Positions 47,716 to 56,381 of a stretch of DNA of 64,000 nt are shown piece after piece. The position numbers were made by a program, and so were the translations under genes. Each line of letters starts with the position of its first letter. Position 1 is the first letter of the stretch. The notes beneath the pieces are model-generated. The model saw nothing but the letters and a program-made list of their open reading frames with translations, was not told the origin of the DNA and made no database searches. The stretch covers positions 572 through 64,571 of IMG/VR virus record IMGVR_UViG_3300028558_000028. One strand, given 5' to 3'. The DNA comes from a virus (Duplodnaviria > Caudoviricetes).

Positions 47716-49079
47716 CGGAACCTCGATGAGGACGGCCGGCGGGATGCCGCCAGAGCGTCATCGCTGATGACGATAGGCGCCGGGCCAACAACCATCAGCT
47801 CGGACAATGCCCACACCAGCGCATCGACGCGATCCGGTGATCCGTCCTTGGCGCGATCGAAGTCCGTCGTGAACACGCACATCTGGTCTTCGAGATCCGG
47901 AAACGAGCCCACGTGGTGGACTTTTCGCTGCTCGTAAAGCGCCGACACCGGCTCGGCCCGGACGACCTTGCCCCGGCTGGCGTGCACCGCCTTGAACGAG
48001 GCGTTCGGGTCGACCATGCGGATGGTGCTCTCCACCATCTCGCCGCCGTTGTTGATTTCGGCCACGATCCGGTCGCCCCGTCGGGCCTTCAGCATTGCGA
48101 TCGCCTGCCGCGCCCACGCGACTGGGCTGTAGATTCCCGACCCGTCCTCGAGGACGTAGCCGTGACGGTCGACGCCGAGACCCGCGCATATGATCCCGGT
48201 CTCGTCCGAATCCTCGTGGCTCGTCACCGCCGGGTCGATCGCGACCACGATCCTGCGCAGTTGCGGCACCACGGCTGGCTTGCATCGAAGCTCATCCAGC
48301 AGCGCCCTGGTCCACAGAGCGCCAGGTGCGTCTTCCAGCAGCTCGGCATCAAGCTCTTGGCGGCCGAGCCGTGTGCCGGCATAGCGTTCGTAGAGCTGCG
48401 CGAGCGCGGCCGGCGCGAGGTTCTCGGCGTTCTCGGACGTCGCGCCGCGCGTGATCCTGACGGTTTCCTTCGCGACCAATTCCCGGATCAGCCGCGTCGG
48501 ACGTGGCGTCGTGGTGACGACGACACGAGGATCATCGCCGAGCCGTAGTCCGAACAGCAACTGATCCCAGGCCTCGGGATATCGCCATGCCGCGAGCTCG
48601 TCGCACCAAGCCCTGTGATTCTGTGGTCCGCGCAACCGCTCCGGCTCGTCCGCCGAGAAGAGCTTGTAGCGCGACCCGTTGACGAGGATCAGTTCGCCGA
48701 GCGAGCGGTTCCAGGCCTCGACGCACTCGGGCGGGACGACGCCAAGCAGCCCGGACTCGCCTTCAACGCATGTGTCGCGCGCGTCCCCGTATGTCGGCGC
48801 GACGATCGCAATCCTGACCCCGGGATGGCTGAGGCCGTACCACGCCACATCCTCCGCGCCGGTCCGGGTCTTTCCCCAGCCGCGGCCAGCCAGGATCAGC
48901 CAGGTCGACCAATCCCCGTCAGGGGTGATCTGCGACGCCCTCGCCTCGTTCAGCCAAGCCGCCCTGGATTTCAGGGCCGCTCGACTTCCGGGAGGCAATG
49001 CCGTCCAGAGCCTTGGTGAAGGCTTCAAAGGCGCCCTGGCCGTCGGCGCCGCCGCCATCATGGTCGTCTCTGGCATCAA
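47712..49079 (-). CDS. terL: terminase large subunit (start uncertain)
   Basis: Walker A 'AGRGWGKT', 'LRGPQ', Walker B 'WCDE', 'TTTP', nuclease 'AIDPA', 'DRVDALVW'. Confidence 0.95.
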   Translation of the reverse strand: MMPETTMMAAAPTARAPLKPSPRLWTALPPGSRAALKSRAAWLNEARASQITPDGDWSTWLILAGRGWGKTRTGAEDVAWYGLSHPGVRIAIVAPTYGDARDTCVEGESGLLGVVPPECVEAWNRSLGELILVNGSRYKLFSADEPERLRGPQNHRAWCDELAAWRYPEAWDQLLFGLRLGDDPRVVVTTTPRPTRLIRELVAKETVRITRGATSENAENLAPAALAQLYERYAGTRLGRQELDAELLEDAPGALWTRALLDELRCKPAVVPQLRRIVVAIDPAVTSHEDSDETGIICAGLGVDRHGYVLEDGSGIYSPVAWARQAIAMLKARRGDRIVAEINNGGEMVESTIRMVDPNASFKAVHASRGKVVRAEPVSALYEQRKVHHVGSFPDLEDQMCVFTTDFDRAKDGSPDRVDALVWALSELMVVGPAPIVISDDALAASRRPSSSRFR

Positions 49080-49581
49080 GATTGAACGCTTGCCGCTCCA
49101 GCGGGATCAGGTTCTTGAGCGTCTGGGACAGCTCCCGCGCGACCATGGCGCGCGATGGCAGGCTCACCGCCCTCCGCATCGCGTCACGGCGAGCCGCGTT
49201 GAACCCTTCCTCAGCGGCTACGCGTTCAACCTCGTCTTCGATCTCGCCCCGCTTGTCGGTGCCTTCCTCCAGCTCATCGAGGAGCTTCTCGACGATGCGG
49301 TTGGCACGCCCCAGCGACCCGCGATGCTGCCGGACAAGCTCGACCACACGGCTGGCTGCGGCATCGATTGCCGCCCGTGCGTTACCATCGGTAACGCTCT
49401 CGGTAACCAGTCGATTGGTAACCTCGGCACGGACGTCCTTGGCAAGGTCGCGGGCCCAGCCGTTCGCCTTCGCCTTCTTGCCGATAGCGACATGGCTGAC
49501 GCCGAACTGCCGAGCGATCTCGCGGACGGATAGCTGCCCGGCGCGGTACTCGCGCTCGATCGCCTCCCAATCGATTGACAT
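48919..49581 (-). CDS. terS: terminase small subunit
   Basis: 'IDWEAIEREYRAG..SVREIARQFGVSHVAIGKKAKANGW.RDL'. Confidence 0.85.
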   Translation of the reverse strand: MSIDWEAIEREYRAGQLSVREIARQFGVSHVAIGKKAKANGWARDLAKDVRAEVTNRLVTESVTDGNARAAIDAAASRVVELVRQHRGSLGRANRIVEKLLDELEEGTDKRGEIEDEVERVAAEEGFNAARRDAMRRAVSLPSRAMVARELSQTLKNLIPLERQAFNLDARDDHDGGGADGQGAFEAFTKALDGIASRKSSGPEIQGGLAERGEGVADHP

Positions 49582-49767
49582 TTGGTCCGGCCTACGCTCG
49601 CCCGATCACGACGACGGCGGCGAGCACGATGAGGAAGAGCGCGGTCTGCATGGCGGGGCTCCGGGCTTGGTGCCAGCATGCGCGCGCAGACGCTTTGCAC
49701 TGTCGGGAGGCCAAAGGATCTCCCCAATGCCTCGTGGGGACCAACCGACAGGCATGCTGGATAGGCC

Positions 49768-49852
49768 TTCGAGTGAGCTAGAGCCCCATTTGCTCGGTTG
49801 AGACCAGCCGGGTGACGGCTGCACCAGCGTGATTCCACGCCGCTCACTCGAA
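49768..49852. ncRNA. multibranch (cloverleaf-like) RNA element
   Basis: 11-bp closing stem TTCGAGTGAGC/GCTCACTCGAA enclosing hairpins GAGC/GCTC, GGT/ACC, AGCCG/CGGCT, GCGTG/CACGC. Confidence 0.5.
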
Positions 49853-49854
49853 AC

Positions 49855-49971
49855 TGGTTGCGCGGGCGGGATTTGAACCCGCGACATGAAACTTACGGGG
49901 TAGAACTCCGATCGTCATCGGCTCTTGCCCCTGCGCGCGATCCACTGCTACCATGAGCAGATTCCTGCGCG
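49855..49971 (-). ncRNA. tRNA-like RNA with a long hairpin inserted in the anticodon arm
   Basis: CGCGCAG..., D-like CTGC-TCATGGTA-GCAG, perfect T-arm GCGGG-TTCAAAT-CCCGC, CCGCGCA-ACCA. Confidence 0.6.
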
Positions 49972-49992
49972 AATTTGGGTGCCGCTCGAAAC

Positions 49993-50066
49993 TGGTTGCG
50001 GGTGCCGAGTTGAACGGCCTGCGTCGGCTTATGAGACCGAGGAGCGCACCGGCGCTCTTACCCGCC
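49993..50066 (-). tRNA. degenerate tRNA-Met(CAT), initiator-like
   Basis: GGCGGGT/ACCCGCA acceptor with 1:72 mismatch, GAGC/GCTC D-stem, TCGGT-CTCATAA-GCCGA, 4-bp T-stem with TTCAACT, ACCA. Confidence 0.7.
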
Positions 50067-50125
50067 ACAGCGGTGGACTGTCAGCTCTGGCGAGCTACCG
50101 GATTGCTCCACCGCGACATGAACTT

Positions 50126-50230
50126 TGGTGCTCGGGAGGGCGGCAGAAACCCCGCTGCCGTCCTCTCCACCGGAAAGGACGGCCCCGGCTGATCTGCTCG
50201 CCGGGCCTTACCTGCCGGCCTGGCTGAGCG
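50126..50230 (-). ncRNA. highly degenerate tRNA-like RNA with long variable arm
   Basis: CGCTCAG.../CCGAGCA-CCA; GGCC-GGCAGGTAA-GGCC; CGGC-GAGCAGATCA-GCCG; 12-bp hairpin GCCGTCCTTTCC/GGAGAGGACGGC. Confidence 0.4.
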
Positions 50231-50288
50231 TCGGACGCGATCCGACACATAGAATTTCCTGAGCCTGTACAATGGAAACGACCTGCCG

Positions 50289-50840
50289 TCAATGCCGCTG
50301 GAATCGGTAAACCACAGCAAGAGCCCGAAGCCCAGGCAAGATCCACAGCTTTTCGGCCCAGCTCGGCTGATGTTGATAGACGCAGACGCGCTCCAGGACG
50401 TCCAGGACGCCCAATCCTCCGGGAAGACCTGAGATTGCCTCGCGACCCTCCAAATGCCGCCGGCGGGCCTTTTCCGCTCGCTTGCGGGCCTCTTTCTGCC
50501 CATCATGGGTCTCGGCATCTGGAGATCGGCCCGAGCCAACCTCGAAGTTTGGCGACCGTGCACTGCCTGGCGGAGCATTGATCGATTGATCGTAGCTGAG
50601 CTTGCGGCTGGCATATTCGCGGCCGGCGGCGTATTCGGCGCTCGTGATCTCTCCCTGGAGGTACATCGCCCCGAGCGGATCGCCCCATTGCGGATCGGCA
50701 GCCCCGGCCTTCGCCTGATCTGCGAGGCGACGAAAGGTGGCCGGTGCCGTCTCGTTATGGTTCCTGGCGCGCTGGCCCGAGGGGTAGCGCTCGCCCGGCA
50801 CTGGCTTGCGTCCTGCTTTGCTCTTCGCCATGGTCAGCAT
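50289..50840 (-). CDS. probable late transcription regulator / antiterminator-position protein
   Basis: Last early gene before the late operon; 'GRKP..GERYPSG...LGAMYLQGEITSAEYAAG'. Confidence 0.6.
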   Translation of the reverse strand: MLTMAKSKAGRKPVPGERYPSGQRARNHNETAPATFRRLADQAKAGAADPQWGDPLGAMYLQGEITSAEYAAGREYASRKLSYDQSINAPPGSARSPNFEVGSGRSPDAETHDGQKEARKRAEKARRRHLEGREAISGLPGGLGVLDVLERVCVYQHQPSWAEKLWILPGLRALAVVYRFQRH

Positions 50841-51031
50841 CGTTCCCTCGTTTGTCAGAATGCACCTTCGCCGAGATCATGCATGGGGCTAGTCACTTTC
50901 GCTGGAGGAGCTTCAGAGCCCCTTCTCGATGGGCCTCAATGATGCGCCCGTGTACAGCGTGCCATTTCCACGAAACGTCATCTCGAACCCGTAAGTGTGT
51001 GGCGCTCCGGGCGCAGGCTCTGGAAACCACA

Positions 51032-51292
51032 TCATGTTCCGCCCCCCAGTTTGGCCCGCATCGCGAGATACTCGCGGGCGACGTCCAGAAGTGCGCCAAC
51101 CGAAATCGCTATCTGCTGCATCCTATCACCGTCATCGACAGCGAGGCTAAAGTGACGGCTGGCCAGTTGGTCCGGAATAGCCATCCAAGCCCTTACGTCG
51201 CTATCAAGCCGTAAGATTCGTAGCCTCTCTTGAAAGGCAGCCTCCCGGTCTTCCACTGAGGCCTCAACAGGCTTGCGCGTTCGCTGTTTCAT
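51032..51292 (-). CDS. hypothetical protein
   Basis: Coupled ORF. Confidence 0.45.
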   Translation of the reverse strand: MKQRTRKPVEASVEDREAAFQERLRILRLDSDVRAWMAIPDQLASRHFSLAVDDGDRMQQIAISVGALLDVAREYLAMRAKLGGGT

Positions 51293-51507
51293 GTCCCTGT
51301 TCCCTTTTTCTCTGCGGGAGTGGAGATGGGCGGGAGGGGGTAGAAGCCGGCGAACCAGTCTTCCGGTAGCCTCCCCGCCGTCGCGAGCGGACCGGCCACG
51401 CCCCAGCCAAAATCAAATATCACCGGCTTGATTTTCCCTTGCTCGGCGAGATAGTTGATCGTCGCGCCGTGCTCGGATGCAATGGCCTTGATCAGGTCTG
51501 TCCTCAC
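51289..51507 (-). CDS. hypothetical protein
   Basis: SD GGAGG, GTGA overlap. Confidence 0.5.
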   Translation of the reverse strand: MRTDLIKAIASEHGATINYLAEQGKIKPVIFDFGWGVAGPLATAGRLPEDWFAGFYPLPPISTPAEKKGTGT

Positions 51508-52220
51508 GCCGCATCCTCCTTGCGATGGTTCAGAGAGGCGAGGGCCTCGGGGGAGAGCTGCGATTCCGGCATCGGCTCGCGGAGAAGGCGTTCAAGCCTG
51601 GCTTTCGCCTCGTCCTCGGTCAAAGGCCAGTGATCCTTGCCCTTCGGCCGGCCGATCTCAGCCTGGAGTTCCGCAAATCCCCGCTCGACCGCCGCGCGCT
51701 CGGCTTCGGTCTGCTCACGCACGACGGCCGCGCGCAGAATCCGATCGATCACCGCCAGCTCCTCGCGGAGCGGATGGAACAGCTTGTCGGCCTCTTTGCG
51801 CAGGTCAGCCGCCGACGGCTCGAAACCCGTGTGCGCGCCCGCGCGTGCACCGAGCCAAAGCTCGCATGCCCCTCGGATAGCCCAGGCCGGCAAGCCACGC
51901 AGCACGCCTCGGTATACGGCGATCCTCTGCCGCAGCGACACGTCCGAATCCCGTGCGCCGCCGAACCCCATGAACAGGGTGCTCAGGATGAAATCGATAT
52001 CGCTATCCGAGGCTGCGCCGAGGCCGGCGGCGATCTCGGAGCGGCGTTCATTCAGGGCCAGGACGTCGCTATCGGTCGGCGCGTCGCGGGAAGAGATCGA
52101 GTGATGGCCCGCGCGCTCCCACTTCAGGCGGTTGCGATAGTTCGCCAACGCGACGGCCATTTCGCGGCTCTGTGGCTTCGGTTTCACCTGTCGGGTATTG
52201 CGGATTGCCAGATTGGTCAT
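51504..52220 (-). CDS. replication accessory (helicase-loader-position) protein
   Basis: 'YRGVLRGLPAWAIRGAC..W...FEPSAADL'; follows the initiator. Confidence 0.6.
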   Translation of the reverse strand: MTNLAIRNTRQVKPKPQSREMAVALANYRNRLKWERAGHHSISSRDAPTDSDVLALNERRSEIAAGLGAASDSDIDFILSTLFMGFGGARDSDVSLRQRIAVYRGVLRGLPAWAIRGACELWLGARAGAHTGFEPSAADLRKEADKLFHPLREELAVIDRILRAAVVREQTEAERAAVERGFAELQAEIGRPKGKDHWPLTEDEAKARLERLLREPMPESQLSPEALASLNHRKEDAA

Positions 52221-52827
52221 CGAGCATTCTCTGCGCGGCTTCGCGTTGGATTTCGGCAAGCGTGTCAAGGCGGGTCGGACGCGGGCCGGCGCGAACTGGC
52301 GGGACGAGCCCTTCGTCATCCCAACATCCGCGTGTGAGCCAGACGACCGGCGATTTGATGTAGCGCGGCTCAACCCCGCGTACAGATTCCGCATACCGGC
52401 CGGCGCCATCGATGAGAACCTGCGGATCTAGGCCGGTCTTGACGAGCGCATGGAACTTAGCCTCGGCTGCCTTTTTTTCGATCCGCTTCGGGTAGGCAGC
52501 AATGAATTCGAGGAACCTCGCGCTCGCGTGACGAACACCGAGCGAAGCGAGGATGGAAGGGGTTTTTTCTTTAGGGGGTGCGGGGGACGTTTCTTTAGGG
52601 GAAGGATCGGTAACGCCTGTCACAGAATGTAACTGTGTGTCATGGTATGTAACGTTACCATCCGTTACGTCACGTGACAGTTGCCTGAGAGCGCGGCTTT
52701 TCCGCGTGCGCTCTGCCTGACGCTCAAGTCGCTGCCGTTCCTTCTCTTCGCGATCGCTTTCAACGGCCCTTACAGCGGCGGCGATCATCTCAGGAGACGC
52801 GCCGGCCGACACGAGGGCATCGATCAT
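52069..52827 (-). CDS. phage replication initiator
   Basis: 'MIDALVSAGASPEMI...ER...R', C-terminal 'FLEFIAAYPKR..KKAA...YIKSPVVWL....W.DE'. Confidence 0.75.
   Translation of the reverse strand: MIDALVSAGASPEMIAAAVRAVESDREEKERQRLERQAERTRKSRALRQLSRDVTDGNVTYHDTQLHSVTGVTDPSPKETSPAPPKEKTPSILASLGVRHASARFLEFIAAYPKRIEKKAAEAKFHALVKTGLDPQVLIDGAGRYAESVRGVEPRYIKSPVVWLTRGCWDDEGLVPPVRAGPRPTRLDTLAEIQREAAQRMLDDQSGNPQYPTGETEATEPRNGRRVGELSQPPEVGARGPSLDLFPRRADR
52560..52682. repeat. candidate replication origin iterons inside the initiator gene
   Basis: Cluster of GTAAC/GTTAC/GTCAC plus duplicated TTTCTTTAGGGG. Confidence 0.5.
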
Positions 52828-53237
52828 CAGCACGAGCTGCGACAAGCGCCCTCCTCGCCTGGCGGCAACCGAACATATTCCCAGAGCGAGTCCCTGAAGT
52901 CGTGATCTCCTGCGCCGAGGCCGAAGAACACCCACTCCGTCTCGATGGCAGTTTCGACACCCTCTACCGCCTCATCCGGAGCTATATCGAACCATTCTCG
53001 CTGCATCCTTTGATCATTGTATAGGAAGTGGAACTCACGCTCGATTTTTGACGCTCTGGCGCGCGTCGGGAATCTAAAGGTGCGAAGGAGGGCAATGGGG
53101 TTCGGACATGCCGTGGCGAGGCCCTCCAGACGGCGCGACGGGTCCGTGCTGATGCCAACCTTCACCGGCGATACGGGAACGCTGCCACGCATGGTGGCTA
53201 TGACATAGACGAAGCAGTTCCGATCGAGAGACCGCAT
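52827..53237 (-). CDS. GIY-YIG/T5orf172 domain protein
   Basis: 'FVYVI...VKVGISTDPSRRL..L...IEREFH...REWF'. Confidence 0.8.
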   Translation of the reverse strand: MRSLDRNCFVYVIATMRGSVPVSPVKVGISTDPSRRLEGLATACPNPIALLRTFRFPTRARASKIEREFHFLYNDQRMQREWFDIAPDEAVEGVETAIETEWVFFGLGAGDHDFRDSLWEYVRLPPGEEGACRSSC

Positions 53238-53492
53238 CTACCGCACCCCGTCCACGTGCTCGGCGGCTTTGGATAGGAGCTTGCTTTGGACCGCGGTCAG
53301 CATTGGAGATAAAAGACTTGGCCATACGCAAAGGATCAGTGTATACCATACGGGAGTTATATATTGATTGTAACGACTTTCCATGCGTTTATTTGCGTGA
53401 GATACTCGGAGAAATCGACCCTTATAGCTCAGAGGGTGCGGCTTGTCATCGACACAAACCACCTTCTGTCCGACATGTAAGTTCGCGCTCAT
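53238..53492 (-). pseudogene. 'VGQKVVCVDD' family gene with an internally inverted segment
   Basis: N-terminus on the - strand; the expected continuation 'IRKGSVYTIREL...VYLREI' lies on the + strand at 53303-53430. Confidence 0.55.
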
Positions 53493-53884
53493 GCCTCATC
53501 CCTCACAAGCCTAGTGGGAATCTCGACGCCAGCCTCCCGCGTCTGAATGCCGGCGGAGCGGAGGACGATCTTGACGTCGTCGATCGAGCGGACGACGGCC
53601 CAGACGTACCCGCCGAGCGCGGTGACCCTCATGCCGAAGGCGCGCTGTTCTGGGCTGACGCGACCTTTCTCAGCCTTGACTTCGAGCAGGAGCGTTTGGC
53701 CGCCGCCGGGCATGACGATGAGATCGGGGAAGCCCGGGAGCACGCCGAGGCGCTTCATCTTCCGAGCCTCGCCTTCCGTGCGGCCGCCGCCGTTTGGGAC
53801 ATGCGCTATGATCGCGTGCGGGAGCATGGCCTGGAGCCACGAGAGGATGCTGACGTGCACGGTGTCCTCGGGCTTCCAGGTCAC
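53489..53884 (-). CDS. VRR-NUC domain nuclease
   Basis: 'HVPNGG...GVLPGFPDL...LEVKAEKGRVSPEQRAF'. Confidence 0.9.
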   Translation of the reverse strand: MTWKPEDTVHVSILSWLQAMLPHAIIAHVPNGGGRTEGEARKMKRLGVLPGFPDLIVMPGGGQTLLLEVKAEKGRVSPEQRAFGMRVTALGGYVWAVVRSIDDVKIVLRSAGIQTREAGVEIPTRLVRDEA

Positions 53885-54210
53885 GGATGCCACCCTGGAA
53901 CTGTTCGATATTCGACGGGACGACCTTCCGATTCCGCCCGAACGATGCCCTTTTGCATGCCGCGCGAAATGCCAAAATCGGTGTAAACTGCCGTTAGATG
54001 AGCGCGGGACCCCCACGCCAAGCCCGCCTCAATTCCCAAGCGTCTCTGACGCGGATCGGCATCGTCGAGAACGCCTTCCTGAGTATAGAGCAGGTGAGAC
54101 GCGAATGGATATTCACCCCGCTTGAAGCAATCCGCAATCGCAGCGCGCGCATAGGCAAGGTTGCGCTCGACTTCGCCAGCGAAGGGGCTTTCAACAATGA
54201 CGAGCTTCAT
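53881..54210 (-). CDS. conserved phage protein (VESPFAG...NLAYAR...PFASHLLY)
   Basis: Recognisable Rossmann-like motif; ATGA coupling. Confidence 0.75.
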   Translation of the reverse strand: MKLVIVESPFAGEVERNLAYARAAIADCFKRGEYPFASHLLYTQEGVLDDADPRQRRLGIEAGLAWGSRAHLTAVYTDFGISRGMQKGIVRAESEGRPVEYRTVPGWHP

Positions 54211-55421
54211 GCTCCGCCTCCGCCGAAGAGAGGACCGGCATCTACCGGCAAGCCCCGTGCCTTGACGCTTTCCCGCGCGCGCTCGTCCCGACCGGCAAGA
54301 ACAAGCGCCATGCGCCGTTCAATGTCGGCGATGTATTCGGCCTCGCGCTCAATCAGGATGGCGCTGAACCCCTCGCGGTAAGCGGCCTCGCCAGTTGTCC
54401 CGGTTCCAGCGAAGCAATCAAGGACGGTCCCGCCGGGCGGCGTGATCAGGCGAGCTAGTTCCTGGATGAGATCCAGCGGCTTGACTGTCGGATGCTTGGA
54501 CCCGAGTCGATCGTCGGCACCCGCCTTCGAGGACCAGAAGAACCGCGCCGCGGAACCGCAATCAGCGCGAGCGACGGATGCTGGTCGGCCGGCGAATTGC
54601 CCGTACACTGCATTTGTTAAATTGCTTGGTTCATCCCCTCGCACGTTGCCTTGCTGGCCGTCGCTGTCAGGAAACGCTGCGACAACCTCTGGCGATCCGT
54701 CGTGCATGACGTTGGCAGGCCAGCGGCCGCGTCCGGGAACCCGAGGGGCAAAAGCGCCGTTCAACCCGTCTACATAGATATAAGCACCGGCACCGGCACC
54801 GGCACCGGCACCGGCACATCCGCCATTGTCCCCTACGAGGCACCCGTCAATGTTCACGGCCCCAGTCCCCCAGTACTCCACGTTCATAGTGCCGTTCTTT
54901 TCCGAGAACGGCTTCTGTCCCATGTAGATCGGTTCAAGCGCCGGCTTGAGAGCCTGGCCGCCATAGCGCCAACCTTCCCGCCCAGGTACGTGAACGCGAT
55001 GCGCCTTCGGAAAACCTTGGCCAAACAGCCAGCCGATGAACGGATGCGTGATGAAACCGGCATCCTCGATCGCGACCGACATGCGACCGAAGGTCCGGGA
55101 AGATGAGAATGCGAGGATGTACGCGCCCGGCTTCAGAACGCGGAGCACTTTCGCCCACGTTTCGACGCGGAAGGCGATATCCCCGCCGTCCCACTGCTTG
55201 CCCATGAAACCGGCGCTCGCGCGGGAATAGAGGCCGTCCGAACCATGCTGCGCGGCCGCCGCGCCGTTCGCGCCGAAGCGCTTGACGATCGAGGCCAAAT
55301 GGTAGGGCGGATCGCAGACGACAGAGTCCACGCTGTTCTCGGGCAGCGTGTCGAGCACGGCGAGACAATCGCCATGGTGCAGCTCGACGCGGCCGTTCAG
55401 GAACAGTCGAGCCTCACCCAT
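54207..55421 (-). CDS. beta-class N6A/N4C DNA methyltransferase
   Basis: 'DPPY' precedes 'HPTVKP' and 'DCFAGTGTT'. Confidence 0.9.
   Translation of the reverse strand: MGEARLFLNGRVELHHGDCLAVLDTLPENSVDSVVCDPPYHLASIVKRFGANGAAAAQHGSDGLYSRASAGFMGKQWDGGDIAFRVETWAKVLRVLKPGAYILAFSSSRTFGRMSVAIEDAGFITHPFIGWLFGQGFPKAHRVHVPGREGWRYGGQALKPALEPIYMGQKPFSEKNGTMNVEYWGTGAVNIDGCLVGDNGGCAGAGAGAGAGAYIYVDGLNGAFAPRVPGRGRWPANVMHDGSPEVVAAFPDSDGQQGNVRGDEPSNLTNAVYGQFAGRPASVARADCGSAARFFWSSKAGADDRLGSKHPTVKPLDLIQELARLITPPGGTVLDCFAGTGTTGEAAYREGFSAILIEREAEYIADIERRMALVLAGRDERARESVKARGLPVDAGPLFGGGGA
54784..54817. repeat. (GCACCG)5 tandem repeat encoding a Gly-Ala run
   Basis: Read directly from the sequence. Confidence 0.9.
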
Positions 55422-55611
55422 TGAGACGCTCCTCGACGCTCTCCAGCTCCAGCGCGGGCTCCTCTTCCCGCACCGACCTTTCATGCGCGTTGATGATCAG
55501 CCGCTGGTCCGTGCCGTGATCGCAGGGAACGCGAACGGTCATCCATCCGTCGGGGCCGACGGAGAGAATCTTGGCGCGGATCAGGATGTGATCGCCGGGG
55601 CGGAGGGTCAC
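55414..55611 (-). CDS. small hypothetical protein
   Basis: GTGA coupling. Confidence 0.55.
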   Translation of the reverse strand: MTLRPGDHILIRAKILSVGPDGWMTVRVPCDHGTDQRLIINAHERSVREEEPALELESVEERLNG

Positions 55612-55928
55612 GAACGGCTCCCGTCGTCGAGAACAGCCTCAACCAGGCCATCGGTCAGGATGGCTTCCAGCAGCTGCCGGGCCAGCACTGGAGGCTGCTC
55701 GCCGCGCTTGGTGGCTGAAGCCGAAAGGGAATCCAGAGCCGCCGGCGACAGACCGTGAATGGCAAGCGATAGCGATAGCGGCAGCCACCCCTTCATGCGG
55801 GCGTAGCGGATATAGCCGCCGACGTGCCTCGGCGGTATTGAGAGTTGGCGCGCGATCTCACCTTGCTTGCAACCTTTGGAAACCAGGGCCGCGACAGCGG
55901 CGGTCAAAGGCGCTTTGCTCTCACTCAT
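55608..55928 (-). CDS. HTH DNA-binding protein
   Basis: 'GCKQGEIARQLSIPPRHV'. Confidence 0.6.
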   Translation of the reverse strand: MSESKAPLTAAVAALVSKGCKQGEIARQLSIPPRHVGGYIRYARMKGWLPLSLSLAIHGLSPAALDSLSASATKRGEQPPVLARQLLEAILTDGLVEAVLDDGSRS

Positions 55929-56377
55929 CGTGCAACTCCAACATGAACGAACGCGATTTGCGCATGGGCCTCGCAATACGGCGGCTCGATTGGAGCCGCA
56001 TTGCAGAAGCGGAAATCGGGTTGGCACGGATCGCCGATCGGCCATCGGCAGGTATGCGCATCGAGGGCGGCGGTAGCCTCAGCACCGAAGCCGAGGGCCG
56101 GACCGAATGCCGCCCGCGCCGCTGTCGAGCGAGCGGCTTCGCTGAGTGGCTTCGCGATCGGCGAAGGCTTCGGCGGAACGAACTTGCGCTGAACCGGCGG
56201 GGTCGGCGGCGCGACCGGCCGCTTTGGCCTTGGCGGGCAGCGAACGCCAACCCGGGCCATCTTGCTGATGATGGCGCTCTTGCTCGCGCCGATCGCCTGG
56301 CCGATGGTGGCAGCGCTTATGCCCTGCTCCCATAGCTTGCTCGCGATGGAGACGCGCTCTTCGGTCCAGAAGTCCAC
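55925..56377 (-). CDS. gcrA: GcrA cell-cycle regulator homolog
   Basis: 'WTEERV....LWEQGISAA.IG......SKSAIISK..R', 'TCRWPIGDP..PDFRFC...PYCEAHAQIAF'; SD GGAGG before GTG. Confidence 0.9.
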   Translation of the reverse strand: MDFWTEERVSIASKLWEQGISAATIGQAIGASKSAIISKMARVGVRCPPRPKRPVAPPTPPVQRKFVPPKPSPIAKPLSEAARSTAARAAFGPALGFGAEATAALDAHTCRWPIGDPCQPDFRFCNAAPIEPPYCEAHAQIAFVHVGVAR

Positions 56378-56381
56378 GGCG

